Source of the DNA: Squalus acanthias
Lineage: Eukaryota
DNA length: 64,000 nt
Assembly (NCBI GenBank): GCA_030390025.1
Contig: CM059431.1
Location: 94,366,001-94,430,000, forward strand
Direction: 5' to 3'
Below, one piece after another: positions 11,334-24,289 of this stretch. The stretch's first letter is position 1; the number at the start of each line of letters is the position of its first letter. Made by a program: the position numbers and the translations under genes. The notes beneath the pieces were generated by a model. It made no database searches. It was not told where the DNA came from and saw only the letters and a list, made by a program, of their open reading frames with translations.

Positions 11334-12409
11334 GGGCAAGATTTTAACTTTGAGGCTGGTAGGGAGCTGAGGGTGGAAGTCCTGGATTGCGGTCGGGAAA
11401 CCTGGGAGAACGGGTTTCCCTCAGGCCCTGCCAAATTTAACGGTAGGTCCTCATTAACATTTTTTTTCAATGTTTCCCGCCTGCAGCCAGCCAGATTGAG
11501 AGGCTGAGTAGCTGTTGGGCGGGGAGGCCTGCAGCACCAGGTTGCAGCTGGGGAGCAGAGAGGAGGGAGGGAGGGATCGGAGGCTGGGGGTTTGGGGTGG
11601 GGAACTGGGAGTCGGAGGGGGGTTCAGAGGGGGTCGGAAGGCCAGGATCGGGGGTGGGGTGGGAGATTGGGGCAGGGGTTGGAAGGCCGAGATTGGGGGG
11701 GTTGGGAAGGCCGGGGTCAGAGGAGGCTGGGATTAGGGGGGGTGGGGGTGGTCAGAAGGCCAGGATCGGGGGGGTGGGAGTGCTGGGGGGCGGGGTCAGA
11801 AGGCCGGGATCGGAGGGGGTCGGAGAGCTGGAGGTGGGGTAAGAATGCCGGGATCAGAGGGGGTCGGAGATCAGGTGAAGGAGTCAGGGGCTGGGGCCGG
11901 GGATCAGGGGCCTCATGGTGGGGTGGGGGCAGGGGGTTGGAGGCCTAGTAGGGGGTGATGGGAGGCCTCGAGGGCGGGGGGGGGGAGATCAGAGGCCTCG
12001 TGGGGGAGGTCGGGGTGAGATCAGAAGGGACGGGGTGGGGTGCGGTCCAAATGCGGGGGATTGGCAAGACAGCAACACTGGATTCAGCAGCTAAGTGGAA
12101 AGGCACTTACCTCCTGAATCCAGCAGTCCTCACCTTCCTTCAACTGCCGGGTTCCCTGAGGTTAGGGAAATCCGCCCGCCCACAGTTAACTTTAAAATGG
12201 TACTTCAAAAAGAGGCACGCAGCCTCATTGTAATATTTAAAGTGCCAGCCCGCCTCCTGGGAGCAGGTTGGCTTCCCGTCCCGTCCTGCCTATGTTCAAA
12301 CCGGAAGTGGGCGGGTTTGGAGGTGGGCTGGGGTCGGGATTCAGATTTCTAACACTTTAACCTCTCACCCAACCGAAACCGCCCGTTTTTTGGGGTTAAA
12401 ATTCCCCCC
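11334..12409 (+). mobile_element. Harbinger-type non-autonomous element
   Basis: Termini GGGCAAGATTTTAAC / GTTAAAATTCCCCCC; TSD AAT (11331-11333 and 12410-12412); G-rich core. Confidence 0.85.
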
Positions 12410-12539
12410 AATGATTGTATTTTTAAATGTACAACATAATTTACATTTGTATATCTTCTGCTCAGTTTCTGTTATGAAATGTAAATCTATTTTTTGGAAA
12501 ATATTGAAATCATTTTTGGTTGAACAGTTTTCTTTACAG

Positions 12540-12869
12540 ATGCTGATGATCGAGAATCTGTTACAGCTTCAGTCGGAGGAACAATAACACTTCGATGTAG
12601 AAACTCCTCTCTGGGAAATCTGACTCAAGTTACCTGGACCAAAGCAAGCAACAATAAATCTGAAACTGTTTTTACTTACTTACTTACTCTCAATAAGACA
12701 TACACATCCAATGACAGCCAGAGACTGGTGCTGTTACAGACTCCCCAAGAACCCTACAGTCTGCAGATACAGAAGCTGCAGATTTCTGATTCAGGGAATT
12801 ACACCTGCAAAGTGAATGGAGTTAATTTACAACAACACACCAAATGGCACCTTCTTATTTCCAAACCAG
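12540..12869 (+). CDS. IgV-domain exon of a CD200R-like type I membrane receptor
   Basis: tttacag| acceptor and G|gtagga donor; 330 bp, phase 1-1, open. ADDRESVTASVGGTITLRCRNSSLGNLTQVTWTK...YSLQIQKLQISDSGNYTCKVNG...WHLLISKP has the Cys-Trp-Cys core, DxGxYxC and six N-glycosylation sequons. Confidence 0.93.
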
Positions 12870-13040
12870 GTAGGAACTTCCTGCTTTCACTCTTCTCATC
12901 TCTCTGTGTCAAAAGAAAAACATGAACAAACTTTACAAATCAGTTTCAATGTTTTGTAGATATTAAGTTTGAAATTTTTAATGTAATTAGCTGCAATGGT
13001 AACAGAGAACTATTAAAACTATAATAAACTGTTACATTAT

Positions 13041-14068
13041 GGCTCCGATATTTACTGGAGCAGCATTTCCAAGCCGGGGGATGGGAGGGGGGAGGAGTTC
13101 TGGCCGGGAAACCGGGCAGACTGGGTTTCCCCAAACGTTGTGGAGATTGCGTGCGTGCGTGTTTTTATTAAAACAGGATCCCCACCTGGAAGCCACCCTG
13201 ATTTATAGTTTTGGTTCCCTGTCGAGCAGGTAAGTTTGTGCAGTTGGGGTAGAGATCGCGAGGGGGGGAATACAGAGTGGCTTGTCGGGTCGGGGTTGAT
13301 CGCTGGGAGTCAGAGACAGATCGGGGACAGAGATGAGGGGTCGGTGATTTTGGGGTGATCCTATCGTGGGTTGGGGGTCGGTGATTGAGGGTAGGGGTCC
13401 CGATCGTGGGGGGGGGGGAGCAGTGATATCATGGGGGTGGTTCCGATCGCGGGCGGGAGGTCCGATAGCGGGGAGGGGTCCCGATCGTGGGGGGGGGGGG
13501 CAGTGATATCATGGGGGTGGTTCCGATCGTGGGCGGGAGGTCCGATAGCGGGGAGGGGTTCTGATCGCGGGGGGCGGGGGGGCAGTGATATCATGGGGGT
13601 GGTTCCAATCGCGGGCGGGAGGTCTGATAGCGGGGAGGGGTTCTGATCGTGGGGAGGGAAGTAGGTTAGTTTGGGGGGCTGGGAGGGAGCACTCCTGCTT
13701 TTCCTGGCCCACAAGCGGTGCTGGAAAGGCTCTTACCTCTTCCACGCAGCAGTCCTCACCTCCCTTTAGCTGCCGGGTTTTCCGAGGCCCATGAAACTCG
13801 GCCGGCCAGGGTTAAACCTAAAATGGAGATAAAATCTGAGGCAAGCAGCTCATTAAAATATTCAAATGAGCAACCTGCTTCCTGGAAACGGGTTGGTTGC
13901 CCGCGCGCCCACCCCCACCACCCCCACCCCCCCTCAACCTGTCACACCTCCGTTAAAACCAGAAGTGGGCAGGTTCCAGGCAGGTTGGGTTCAGGTTTGA
14001 GATTTAAAACATTTTTATAACCTACCCGACCCAAAACTCACCCATTTTTGGGGGTTAAAATTCCCCTC
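13041..14068 (+). mobile_element. Harbinger-type non-autonomous element (H3-related ends)
   Basis: Termini GGCTCCGATATTTAC / GTTAAAATTCCCCTC; TSD TAT (13038-13040 and 14069-14071); internal ~80-bp unit repeated three times at 13399-13650. Confidence 0.85.
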
Positions 14069-14889
14069 TATAAACCTGAGATATAGATACATTCCAGAAG
14101 GAATCTGAATATTTACCCAAAAGCTGTTACACCTATGAGGCCTAATAAATGTTTCACTCTGTGTCATTAGTTATACTGATGGCTCATTTTACAAGATCAC
14201 AAGATAGATAGATTTCCCCCACCACATCATCTAACTGACTCTTGAACGAGTTTCAGATTTTTGCCTCCACTACCCGACATGGAAGTGCTGCTCACTCTTG
14301 GTATGAAGATCTTCCTATCATCTCCACTAAGCTTTCCTTTCCCCAGTTTTAGCCTATTCCCCCTTGCTCCAGTATCCCACCATAACTTGAAGTAGTGCTT
14401 TGGATTAACCTTTCATCTATGCCATTTAATACCATACTATGGGGGAGAAATTCGGTCCCTTAGTGCCTCCCGTTAGCACCTCCAGGGGGCGCTAGCGGGG
14501 CGCTACTGGCTTTGCGACCAGGCGCGGCGATCGTACCGCCACCTGCGAAATTTACGTGGAGGTTTGTGGCGGCGCCTGGAGATCGTGATGTCATCCGACT
14601 GCGCAGCGCCCCGGCTCAGAAATTCACTCGCCCCCTGCCTGAGCGCCTGCTGTTAGCAACAAGTAGAGGAGGCGGTATGCAGTTGGAGGAGCGCTGGAGG
14701 AGCGCTGTATAAAGGCTTCAACATCGATTTACTTTTAGTTGGCAAAGAATGCTGCCTTATCAGTTTGACATAGGCAAACAAGAGTTTTGAGCGATTTCAG
14801 CGTTTTTCACTTCAAGGAGTCTTCTGCCTCAGAAAAATTATTCAGTTTCAGTTAGGTGAGATTTTAAAGTGCAACATTTCCATCATTTA

Positions 14890-16075
14890 ATGGGGGCAGT
14901 ACTTGTACTGGACCTCGCCCATCACCGTCAACATTGGAGGCAGCAGAGGCAGAGAGAAAGATTGCAAAATGTGGCCAGAGAGAGGAGGGCCAACAGGGCT
15001 CTCAACAGGAGGCCTTACTCTCCGAGGGTATTCCGGCAGCATTTCTCCGACATGAATTTCACTGAGGAACAGTGTCTTAGAGAGCTCCGCTTCACCAAGG
15101 ACGTAGTCACAGAGCTCTGCCACCTCCTCCAGCTAGACCTTTAGACTCACATCATGAGCACCAGGGCTCTCTCAGTGGCAGTCAATGTCACCGTCGCCCT
15201 CAATTTCTACGCCAGCGGATCCTTCCAATGTGCAACAGGGGACATATCTAACATATCGCAGTTCGCCGTCCATTGCTGTATCCACGAGGTCACAGAGGCT
15301 CTCTACAGAAGGAGAAGGGATTACATTTCCTTCCCCATCACCAGAGAGAAGCAGCGCAAGCGTGCATATGTCTTTGCCAGGATAGCGGGCTTCCCCATGG
15401 TGCAGGGCGCCATTAACTGCACCCACGTCACTTTGCGGGCACTGCATAATAATCCTGAGGTGTTCCGTAACCGCAAAGGTTACCACTCACTTAATGTGCA
15501 GTTGGTGTGCGACCACACACAGCAAATCCTCACCGTCAATGCCCGCTATCCTGGCAGTAGCCACGATGCCTTCATCCTGTGCCAGCTCTGTTCCAGCCAC
15601 CACATCAAGCTCACGGCTGGCCGCTGGGAGATAAGGGCTATCCGCTCTCCACCTGGCTCATGTCTCCCCTCCGCAACCCCAACACTCGTGCCCAGCACCC
15701 ATATAATGAGAGCCATGCTGCCACCAGGAACATCATTGAGCAGACCATCGGAGTGCTCAAGCAATGATTCCGCTGCCTTGACCACTCGGGAGGAGCCCTC
15801 CAGTACTCGGCTGAGCGGGTGTCCCCTTTCATCGTCATCTGCTGCATGCTGCACAACTTGACCATCATGAAGGCGCAGCATAGCCGCACCACCTCAGGAG
15901 GCTGAAGTGGAAGACAAGGAGGATGAGGATGAGGAGGAGGAGGAGGCGGAGGAGGAGGAGGAGGAATAGGAGCACGAACAGCAGCAATGGAGGAGCCAGC
16001 CACTCCATCGGCCTTGTGGAAGGGTGGTCCGTGATCGCATCATCAGACTTTGGTTCCAATGAATTCGAGGCCACT
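14890..16075 (+). pseudogene. Harbinger transposase (stop and frameshifts)
   Basis: RRPYSPRVFRQ...ALNFYASGSFQ...INCTHV...RNRKGYHSLNVQLVCD...[15 protein letters not shown] and IIEQTIG lie in a shifted frame. Confidence 0.92.
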
Positions 16076-16289
16076 TCCCAGTTGCTCAGCCCGTCCCCAT
16101 CATTCCATCAATTTCTCATTCCATACCACACCCCAAAGGTGAAATGAGACACAGCACCATTTCTGCAACATTCCAATAATAAATTTATCTACAATCAGTA
16201 ACCACATATATACAACAACAATATTGACTAATCAACCTTGTGCAAACCCTTACTTCCCCTCTTTACAGTGCCTTTTCCTAATCTGTTGC

Positions 16290-18472
16290 TCCTACGTAGT
16301 GTCTCCCCAGTGGCTGCAGCAGGGCTGGTGGAAGGCTGCTGAGTGTCGATGCCAGACATTACAGATGGCCTTGCAGGACGCCCTCGACCAGCTCTGGGTC
16401 TGGAAGGCCCACTGTAGACTGCGCCACCTCAGGCTGGGCGGCAGCAGTCTGGGTTGGCTGGATGACAGGCAGCGACAAGGGCAATGGCAGAGTGGCAGTG
16501 GTGGGATCAGCAATGCTGTCATCCTGAGAGAGGACAACAGGTTCCTGCTCCACTGACCCACTGTCACTCCCCTGGGGCAGCACCTCAGCAAACATACCAA
16601 TCTGCTGGAGCAAAGATTGCTGGCCTGCTGCGACACCGTGAGATCCCCGGTGGACTGTGGTGGACCCAGGGATGATGGCCGCAGTCAGAGCTTTCATGGC
16701 ATCAAGCTGAGACTGCATGAGAGATGAGAGGAGTCTGAGATTCGATGCCAACAACCATTGACTGCATTACAGCACTAAGATGTTGCGTCATTTCTGCCTG
16801 TGCTGCAATGGAAGCTGTCACATCGTCCATGACATGCGCCCTGAGGTCTGGATCCGCACGGTCTCTCTGGGAGTCCACCATCCTCTGTACAGTGGAAATG
16901 ATGGGCTCCATGGTGTGCGCAGAGCTCTGTGCAATGTTGGAGGTGAACTCCTCCACGCTCCTTACATGGAAACATAGAAAAATAGGAGCAGGAGTAGGCC
17001 ATTCGGCCCTTCGAGCCTGCTCTGCCATTCAATATGATCATGGCTGATCCTCTATCTCAATACCATATTCCCGCTCTCTCCCCATACCCCTTGATGCCTT
17101 TTGTGTCTATAAATCTATAAATCTCCTTCTTAAATATATTCAGTGACTTGGCCTCCACAGCCTTCTGTGGTAGAGAATTCCACAGGTTCACCACCCTCTG
17201 AGTGAAGAAATTTCTCCTCATCTCAGTCCTAAATGTCCTACCCCGTATCCTGAGACTGTGATCCCTCGTTCTAGACCCCCCAGCAAGGGGAAACATCCTC
17301 CCTGCATCCAGTCTGTCTAGCCCTGTCAGAATTACAATTGCCGACAGGCTCTCGGGCACCCTTGCCATTGCACCTATCATCTCGGAGTGCATGACCATCA
17401 CCCTTCTTGTGAATACCTCCCCATCGAGCTTCTCATTTCAGTTCTGTGCAGCAGAACTCGCCCTCCGGGGAGCTGGCTCCCGAGCTACCCTTTCCCCCTG
17501 GTCTTGCTGCAGCCCGCTCGTCCTCGGTGCATCACCCAGTGCAGACCCCGCTACTAAACTTGCCTCTAAAGATCACGTAGTGCCAATATCTGAGGTGGTG
17601 CCTATGGGTTAGAGATGCAGTGACGTGGTGCTTTGCTCCTCCTCCTCTTCTCCTTCATCATTCTCAGTGAGAGGCTCAAGGACAGGCTGGTCATCTGGTT
17701 GCTGATTCTCTGAAAGCATAAAGGCACAACACTCACATTAAGGTGAGGGCAGGGGGGCAGGAAGGGAGAAGGAATGCAGACAGTATCAGGAGCTGGAAAG
17801 TGGGAAAGGCTTGTGGTGTGATGAGGAAGTGGGATGAGAGAAGGAGAGGGGATGAACATACCGTTGTTGCCCCCAACGGGGTCAACGTTGCCGAGGGCCA
17901 CGCCGCCCACCACCTGCTGCCCAATGAGTCGCAGCACTCGCTCCTCCAGGTCTGAGAGCTGCTGGAGCTGCGCACCACCCCCGCCTGTTCTCTGCTGCTC
18001 CCTCCTATTGTGGGCCATCTTGGCCTGCAAGAGAAATTAATGTGTTTGAGTCAGAGTCCAGCTATGTGTTTGGGAGATAGGCCTGCCGTCATTGAATAAC
18101 TGTGATTATAGGCCAGATGTGAGATGTGGATGAGAGTTTGACTAGGTGCTTGGTGGGTGGGTGAGTGGTGGGGGTGTGGTGGTTTGTGCACTGTGTACAG
18201 ACTGAGGTTCAGATGCTGGTATGTAGGACCTGTTGAAGCATGTCCTCAACTTGACCACCCGAGTGAGGTCATTGAATTTCTTCCGGCATTGTGTCAGGCT
18301 GCGTATAACCACACCACTGGCCGAGACCTCCTGGACCACTTCCCTCCACATTGCCCTGAAGATCTGGGGCAGTGTCCGGGAACAGCACTGCCCTCCTTTG
18401 CGCCACTCCCGCGACCAATGCCTCGTCTGTGAAATGACGAGCTCTCTCCCTGGGAGTGGGATCAGCTATCAT
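16290..18472 (-). pseudogene. Harbinger Myb/SANT gene (exon 2 is 18024-17862), interrupted by CR1
   Basis: RARHFTDEAL; RSLTQCRKKFNDLTR; AKMAHNRREQQRTGGG. Confidence 0.85.
16967..17331 (-). mobile_element. CR1 3'-end fragment nested in H2
   Basis: LDRLDAGRMFPL...FFTQRVVNLWNSLP plus 3' UTR. Confidence 0.9.
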
Positions 18473-18936
18473 GATCAGGGGATTGAGTTGGTTGCAGGTC
18501 GCTTTCACAGCCAGCAATGCTGATAATGAGGACCTCCCCTTTAACAGCTGGAAGGGGCCAGTGTGAAGGATCATTCTTGATTGCATTATTGATCTGCTGG
18601 TAGTGCCCCTGTAGCGCCCTACTGAGGTCATTAGCGCTTGATTTAGCGCTCCAGTTCTTTCCAGGAGCGCTAACAGCCAATTTAGGGGAGGCTCAGAATC
18701 ATTAGCGCCTGGTGCTAATTTTTCAGGATATTAAAAATTAGCCGACTATATACCGAAATTTTCCCCCATACTTCTTCGAGCACAAATTCAGAAAACTGTG
18801 CTCAATAATCCCCTTCATCAAATAGGAGGCTGAGTAATGCAGTGTGTTAGCACATTTCCTTTTACCTGTGGATGTTGGGTATGAATCCAGCCAAGTTGGA
18901 TGGGATGAACATCTCTCTGAGAGAGAAACTCACAGT

Positions 18937-19066
18937 AAATGTTCCCGCTAATAATTTCTGGGCTGCGCAGCCCATTCAAATTACCGCGCATGTGCGGTTC
19001 TTGCCATTGGAACGCCGTTGAGCGGCCTGCAGCAGATCACTGCGAGGCCACTAAATGGGAACATTG
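18937..19066. mobile_element. hAT-type MITE (130 bp)
   Basis: TIR (A)AATGTTCCC / GGGAACATTG; perfect 8-bp TSD CTCACAGT (18929-18936 and 19067-19074). Confidence 0.88.
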
Positions 19067-20436
19067 CTCACAGTACTGTGACATTTACAGCAGTCAATTG
19101 CTCATTGTTTTAACCTGGTACAAAGGATCATTCTGTAAACAATTCTCGCAATAGTTCTATATATTTATTTACATTGTAAATTAGTATTGGCAACTGGATA
19201 CAATAACATTTTGTGGTAAAAGTCATTCATCCGTTAACACAAGAAAATCTTTACCCTGTTTAATGCATTCTATTCTTCAGCATCAACATCCCTCATTATG
19301 ATTATTAAAGATAGCCATATAATTGGGCAGTTGTGATAGGACTTTAACGTGTGACAACAGTGAAAGGGGCAGAAACTGCTGAAGACAGGATTAAGAGGAT
19401 TAGGAAATGTTAGTCGGTCTATAGCCCATGTTAAATGGTTCCTTATTTTCTCACAGGACTCAAGGAGTAAGTCCTCTCTTGGATGAACTGATAACCCAAG
19501 GATATCCTGTTTGCTCATCCATCCATGCGGTACCTTGCTAATCCATCTCTAGACTGATATAGAATCTTACAGCAGAGAAGGAGGCTATTCGGCCCATCGT
19601 GTCTGAACCTGTTCTTTGAAAGAGCTATCAACTTAGTCCTACTCCCCTGTCCTTTCCTCATAGCTCTACAAATTTCTCCCTTTCAAGTATTTATCCAAAT
19701 CCCTTTTTAAAGTGCATTCCAGATCATAACTAAATGGTTGCCTGCTATTCGCTTGTTTTATGGTCCCTGCTATGGGCTAACCATAACCTTCATTAATTCT
19801 GCCATGATAAGCCCTCTATGAGAATTTCAGACTCCCACATATCTGCAGTTTAATGGCTACTATTACCCATCACCATCCGGTCTTAATTTCTGCAGCATTA
19901 AATTGAAATAGAGCATATAAATGTTTCTATTTGCCATTGCATAGTTCCTCAAACACATAAATTTAATAGAAAAATGTTGGGTGGTTAATCAGAAAGGTTA
20001 TTACTCTTTTCGGCTGCTAAAGAGGTGTGTTAAACCTATCTGAATCACATTAAACAGGGGAAACATAGGGAGTAATGATACTAAGCTTTTATCAGTTTAA
20101 TAACATTGCTTTGTAGAACCAACATTCTCTTAAGCAGATAGCACAGGGACCCGTACCATCTCTAACACACACAATGGCTCCGATAATAACTCCGAGGCAC
20201 ATTCAGAGCACAGGTGTGCGATATTGGATGGGAAACCCGGAAGAACTTTCATGCGTTGATCTGTGACATTTTAACACAGCTGCCTAATTATAATCTGAGT
20301 TTGGCATTGAATGCACGGCAGCGGACATGGCGCAGACCCGCATGACGCAATCTCAACTGGAGTATTTAAAGGGCCAATCCAAAGATGGAATTTGAAGGAG
20401 TTAGGAGTTTGAGCAAAGAGAGGGAGAAGTTTCTTC

Positions 20437-21910
20437 ATGGATTCAGGACGGTCAAAAGCTGCACCTCGATTTAACGATGCATTGCTTGATGCATTGCTGG
20501 GTGCAGTGAGAAGTCGGAGAGAGATACTCTTCCCCAGCAACGGGAGGAAGAAACCTGCTGCTGCAACAAGGAAGGAGTGCTGGAGATGATCAAGGAGATC
20601 AGCAGCAGGAGCATTGTATCACGTTCCTGGATTCAGTGCAGGAAATGCTTTAATGACCTAAACAGGCCAAAAAAGGTGAGTCCAGTTGCACATTCACCTA
20701 CATCCTGCTGTGCACATCACCCCCACCCATCACCCCCACCCCCCCCCCCCCACTCTGCCTTGTCAAGCCGACTCTATCACATAACTCCTCACACCCACTT
20801 ACCTTGCAAGCCCACTGATCGTTCTCTTTCTATGCACTTCCTCAGATCCCCATCTATCCATCCACCATTGCCACTCAGGGTGATCTTTATGCAATTTGAA
20901 GCTTCTCCCTGATAGTGACCCTCGCCAAAGGCACTGCATCCATCGGGTGAACATGTGCCATTACAGTCACTCGTAAGTCTGTTCTTTCCCCTGTTACAGA
21001 AGAGATCAGAGAACACAAGAAAAAGGGAGAGAAAAAGGGTGGTACTCCACAGATATCCCAGTTAACAGCTGCAGAGGAGGAAGCGCTGGAGATCAATGGT
21101 GTTTCAGCATCCCTGACCATCAGAGATCGGGAGATTGGGAGCTCCCAGCTACCTGGTGACACAATTAAATATCAGCGACCCACATGTCATACAACACTTA
21201 GTCAAACTGACTTGATTTCAGCAGCGAGTGAAATATGATCCTCTTCATCATGCTAAGTTACAACATTCTTACTTTGTCAGTACTGATTCATGTTTTTTTT
21301 CTCCACCGGGGTCTTCACGTGTACAGCAGCAGTCGGTGGAGCTCCCGGATCATGAATCCTCAGAGGAGCTGATTCCTTCTGAGGGTGCACCATCACAGGA
21401 CTCATGCTTACCATGCACCAGCTCAGATACTCACACTTCAGTAGGTCCAGCTCGGCAGTTAATTGGGATTCCACCTGGTGACTCACAGTTCACAAGTGAG
21501 CAAGAGTAGACAGTGGTGGCAGGGACAACTGTGGAGAGTCTGCGTCGGAGGGTGCAGCCCGCTCCAAGCTCTGCTCAGCTGGACACAGATGCTGTACCAT
21601 CGATGAAAAGGAATAATCATTGAGGGGCAGCAAAAAATCTGCGACGTACTGGCAGGCCTTTGACGCACACTGTCCATGGTTGCAGAGAGAATGGCCGAGT
21701 CCAGCTCAAGCATGAGTCGGTTGATGCCGTAGGGCGTTGCAAGGATATCATCTTCCATGGATCCACTATCTCTAAATTGTCAGACTGCTTGTCCGACATC
21801 CAGTACTGGATGAGCAGAAATTTCCTCCAACTAAATATTGGGAAGGCCGATTTGGAAGTGTTCACCACGTAGAAGCTGTAGGAAGTGTAAGTTGAAGAAA
21901 TTGCAAGTCA
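20437..21910 (+). pseudogene. Harbinger Myb/SANT gene (exons ~20437-20675, ~21000-21155, ~21310 onward), with an L2 fragment at ~21755-21850
   Basis: MDSGRSKAAPRFNDA...SRSWIQCRKCFNDL + gtgagt donor. Confidence 0.82.
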
Positions 21911-22189
21911 CCAAGGGTATGCACATGGGTATTTGACAAAATATTATGTTGTTAAGTTTTCTTTTTTTATAATAGCACATAAAATGTATTCATTGGCACC
22001 ACTTCCACATCTTGCCCATTATTGTGTCCCAAGGGTTAACTCACCCTTTCACTTATTTCATGATGAATGTCAATACATGCCAGGACCCCATTGGGCAGAT
22101 GTGCAATGTGTGGATGAGTGGTTGAAGGAATGTATAGTGCAAGGGTGGGAGCAGACCGCAGGATTTCATATTGTTATGTTTCACACTAG

Positions 22190-23333
22190 GTGAACCTTCG
22201 TGATATTAGGGCATCCCAGGCAGCAATGTAAGCAGCTGGTCTGGCGATGGGTGCTCCATCTTCATCCTGCTCCTCCTGTTCCTCCTCCTCCTCATCTATG
22301 TTCTCCTCATCTGAAGATGAGTGATGAGCACCTTCGTCCTCCTCCACCTGCAATGTTGTGCAGGACGCAGCACACCACGATCTTTCTGAAGACCCTCGCT
22401 GGCGAGTACTGAAGGGTGCCTCCAGACCTATCTAGGCACCTGAAGCGCACCTTCAACATTCCAACGGCTTACTCGGTGACACACCTGGTGGTCATGTGGC
22501 TCTCATTGTAGCACTCCTGCGCCTCATTGGTCGAGTTCCTCACAGATGTCATGAGGTAAGTTTGAGTTGGGTATTTCTTGTCTTCTATGAGCCAGCCCTT
22601 AAGTCCGCTTCCTGGAATGGAAAGGTCTGGGATGCATCATGGTAGCTCCCAGGGAATCTGGTGCACACCTGCATGAACCTCTTCTTGTGGTTGCACACCA
22701 GCTGCGCATTTATGGAAGAATATCCCTGTGGTTTATAAAAACTCCTGGTTGCTGCGGTGGTGCTTGGATTGCCACATGTGAGCAGTTGATGGCATCCTGT
22801 ACCCGGGAGAAACCAGTCAGAGAGGCGAAACTGAGTGCCCACTCATTCTGGCTATTGTCATCACAGAGGAAATTTACATAATTGTCGGTCCTGGCAAACA
22901 AGCCATCAGTGACTTTCCTTATGCATTTATGTGCAGCCGACTTGGAGATCCTGGATGTGTCGCTGGTAGCGCCCTGGAAGGATCCAGAGGAGACACAGTT
23001 GAGGGCAGTGGTCACTTTCACAGCTACTGGTAATGCGTGGCCACCAGGTCCAGGAGGGAGCAAGTCTTCCTGTAGGAGGCTGCAGATGTCTGCCACCACC
23101 TGCCGCAACAACCTCAGCCTGCAGAGGCGCTGCTCTTCTGAGAGCTCGAGGAAGCTGAGCCTCTGTCTATAAACCCTGTGACATGGGTAGTGCCTCCTAT
23201 GACCTCGGCCCCTCTTTTGTGCCCCTCCTTCCTGTGCACCTGCTGATCCCATCATAGCACATCGTCACTTCCGTGGATGGTGATGGTCTTCCTCTTCTGA
23301 TGTAATATCAAACACAGCCAAGGCACCTCCCAT
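22190..23333 (-). pseudogene. Harbinger transposase (frameshifted)
   Basis: YRQRLSFLELSEEQ...[18 protein letters not shown]...INCSHV; GYSSINAQLVCN..FPGSYHDA. Confidence 0.9.
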
Positions 23334-23809
23334 CCTGATCTTGTCAATTTGAAATGCTCAAAAGGTTGAAAGAAAGCTGAATCCACACACGCAGTCTCTG
23401 CCAAACATTTGCCAGAGGGAACGGAGACAGCAGCTGCAATAACTGAGCTTTTACTCAGATGGGACAATGACAAGTTTAAATACCCACCTGAACTGCTGCT
23501 CAAAATCCCCTCCGTTTCCCTGGTCAGTTTCCCAAGCCCCGGGAAACCAGTGCTGCTCAAGTAAAAATTGGAGCCAAGTTAAAAAAATTTGAAAAAGACC
23601 TCATTAACCTAAGGACGTTAATTGCAGCAATCAGTACCCGCCTGCATCCAATTATGAAATCCCCGATTTCAGCGAGTAGGTTCCCGCTGGCATCCAAACG
23701 CACCCCCGTTAAACCCGGAAGTGGGCACGTGGAGCCGGGTTGTACTCCTGCTCTAAAAATCAAAAAGTTTTACCCCCCATTATCATTGTGGATTTTATTG
23801 AACTAGCTA

Positions 23810-24280
23810 AAGGTGAAATTGAAAGGGACCTGCAGGTGCTAATAGACTCATAAGCAAAGTAAATAGATTACTGAATTATATTGCTAAGTTAGTAGGTATA
23901 ACTTGGAGGATGTCATGCTGAACCTGTATAATACCCTGGTCAGAAAATACCTTCCAAACCGTGTCTAGTTTTGGCTGCCAAAACACAGGAAGTATTCAGG
24001 CTCTGGGAGCACTGTAGAGAAGAGGATGAGGCTGATCACTGGCATCAGTTATGAATAAAGACTAGAAAAAATAGTGCTCTGTAGCCTTGAAAAAGAGGCC
24101 TTCTTCCAGTATATAAGAAATGAAATGGTATCGATAAGGTAAATCTCAACCATTATTTCAAGATCAGCCAAGTCATTAGAGCAAGGGGGCCAGAGGCAAT
24201 AACTGGCTAAAGGTCAATTTAGGACTGAGGTTAGGAAGGATCTTCACCAAAACAGTGAAGAATGTTTTGAATAATCTCCA
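23810..24280 (+). mobile_element. Old CR1 ORF2 fragment
   Basis: Degenerate LYxTLVR, RGH and WN-type motifs recognisable at the DNA level. Confidence 0.55.
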
Positions 24281-24289
24281 GGTTTTTTT

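Larger units (their letters stand above)
14441..18767. mobile_element. PIF/Harbinger transposon H2, full length but decayed
   Basis: TIRs GGGGGAGAAATTCGGT / ACCGAAATTTTCCCCC; transposase + and Myb - convergent; no clean TSD. Confidence 0.92.
20176..23778. mobile_element. PIF/Harbinger transposon H3 (decayed, with internal deletions)
   Basis: Left end GGCTCCGATA is shared with the 13041 element; right subterminal resembles 13950-14020; Myb + and transposase -. Confidence 0.88.

Noticed and set aside
11515..12352. Gly-rich ORFs (also 6942-7351 and 13361-13794)
   Set aside because: Translation artefacts of G-rich MITE cores.
19281..19340. Possible second Ig exon after ttcttcag
   Set aside because: The phase-1 frame stops after ~18 codons and has no Ig motifs.
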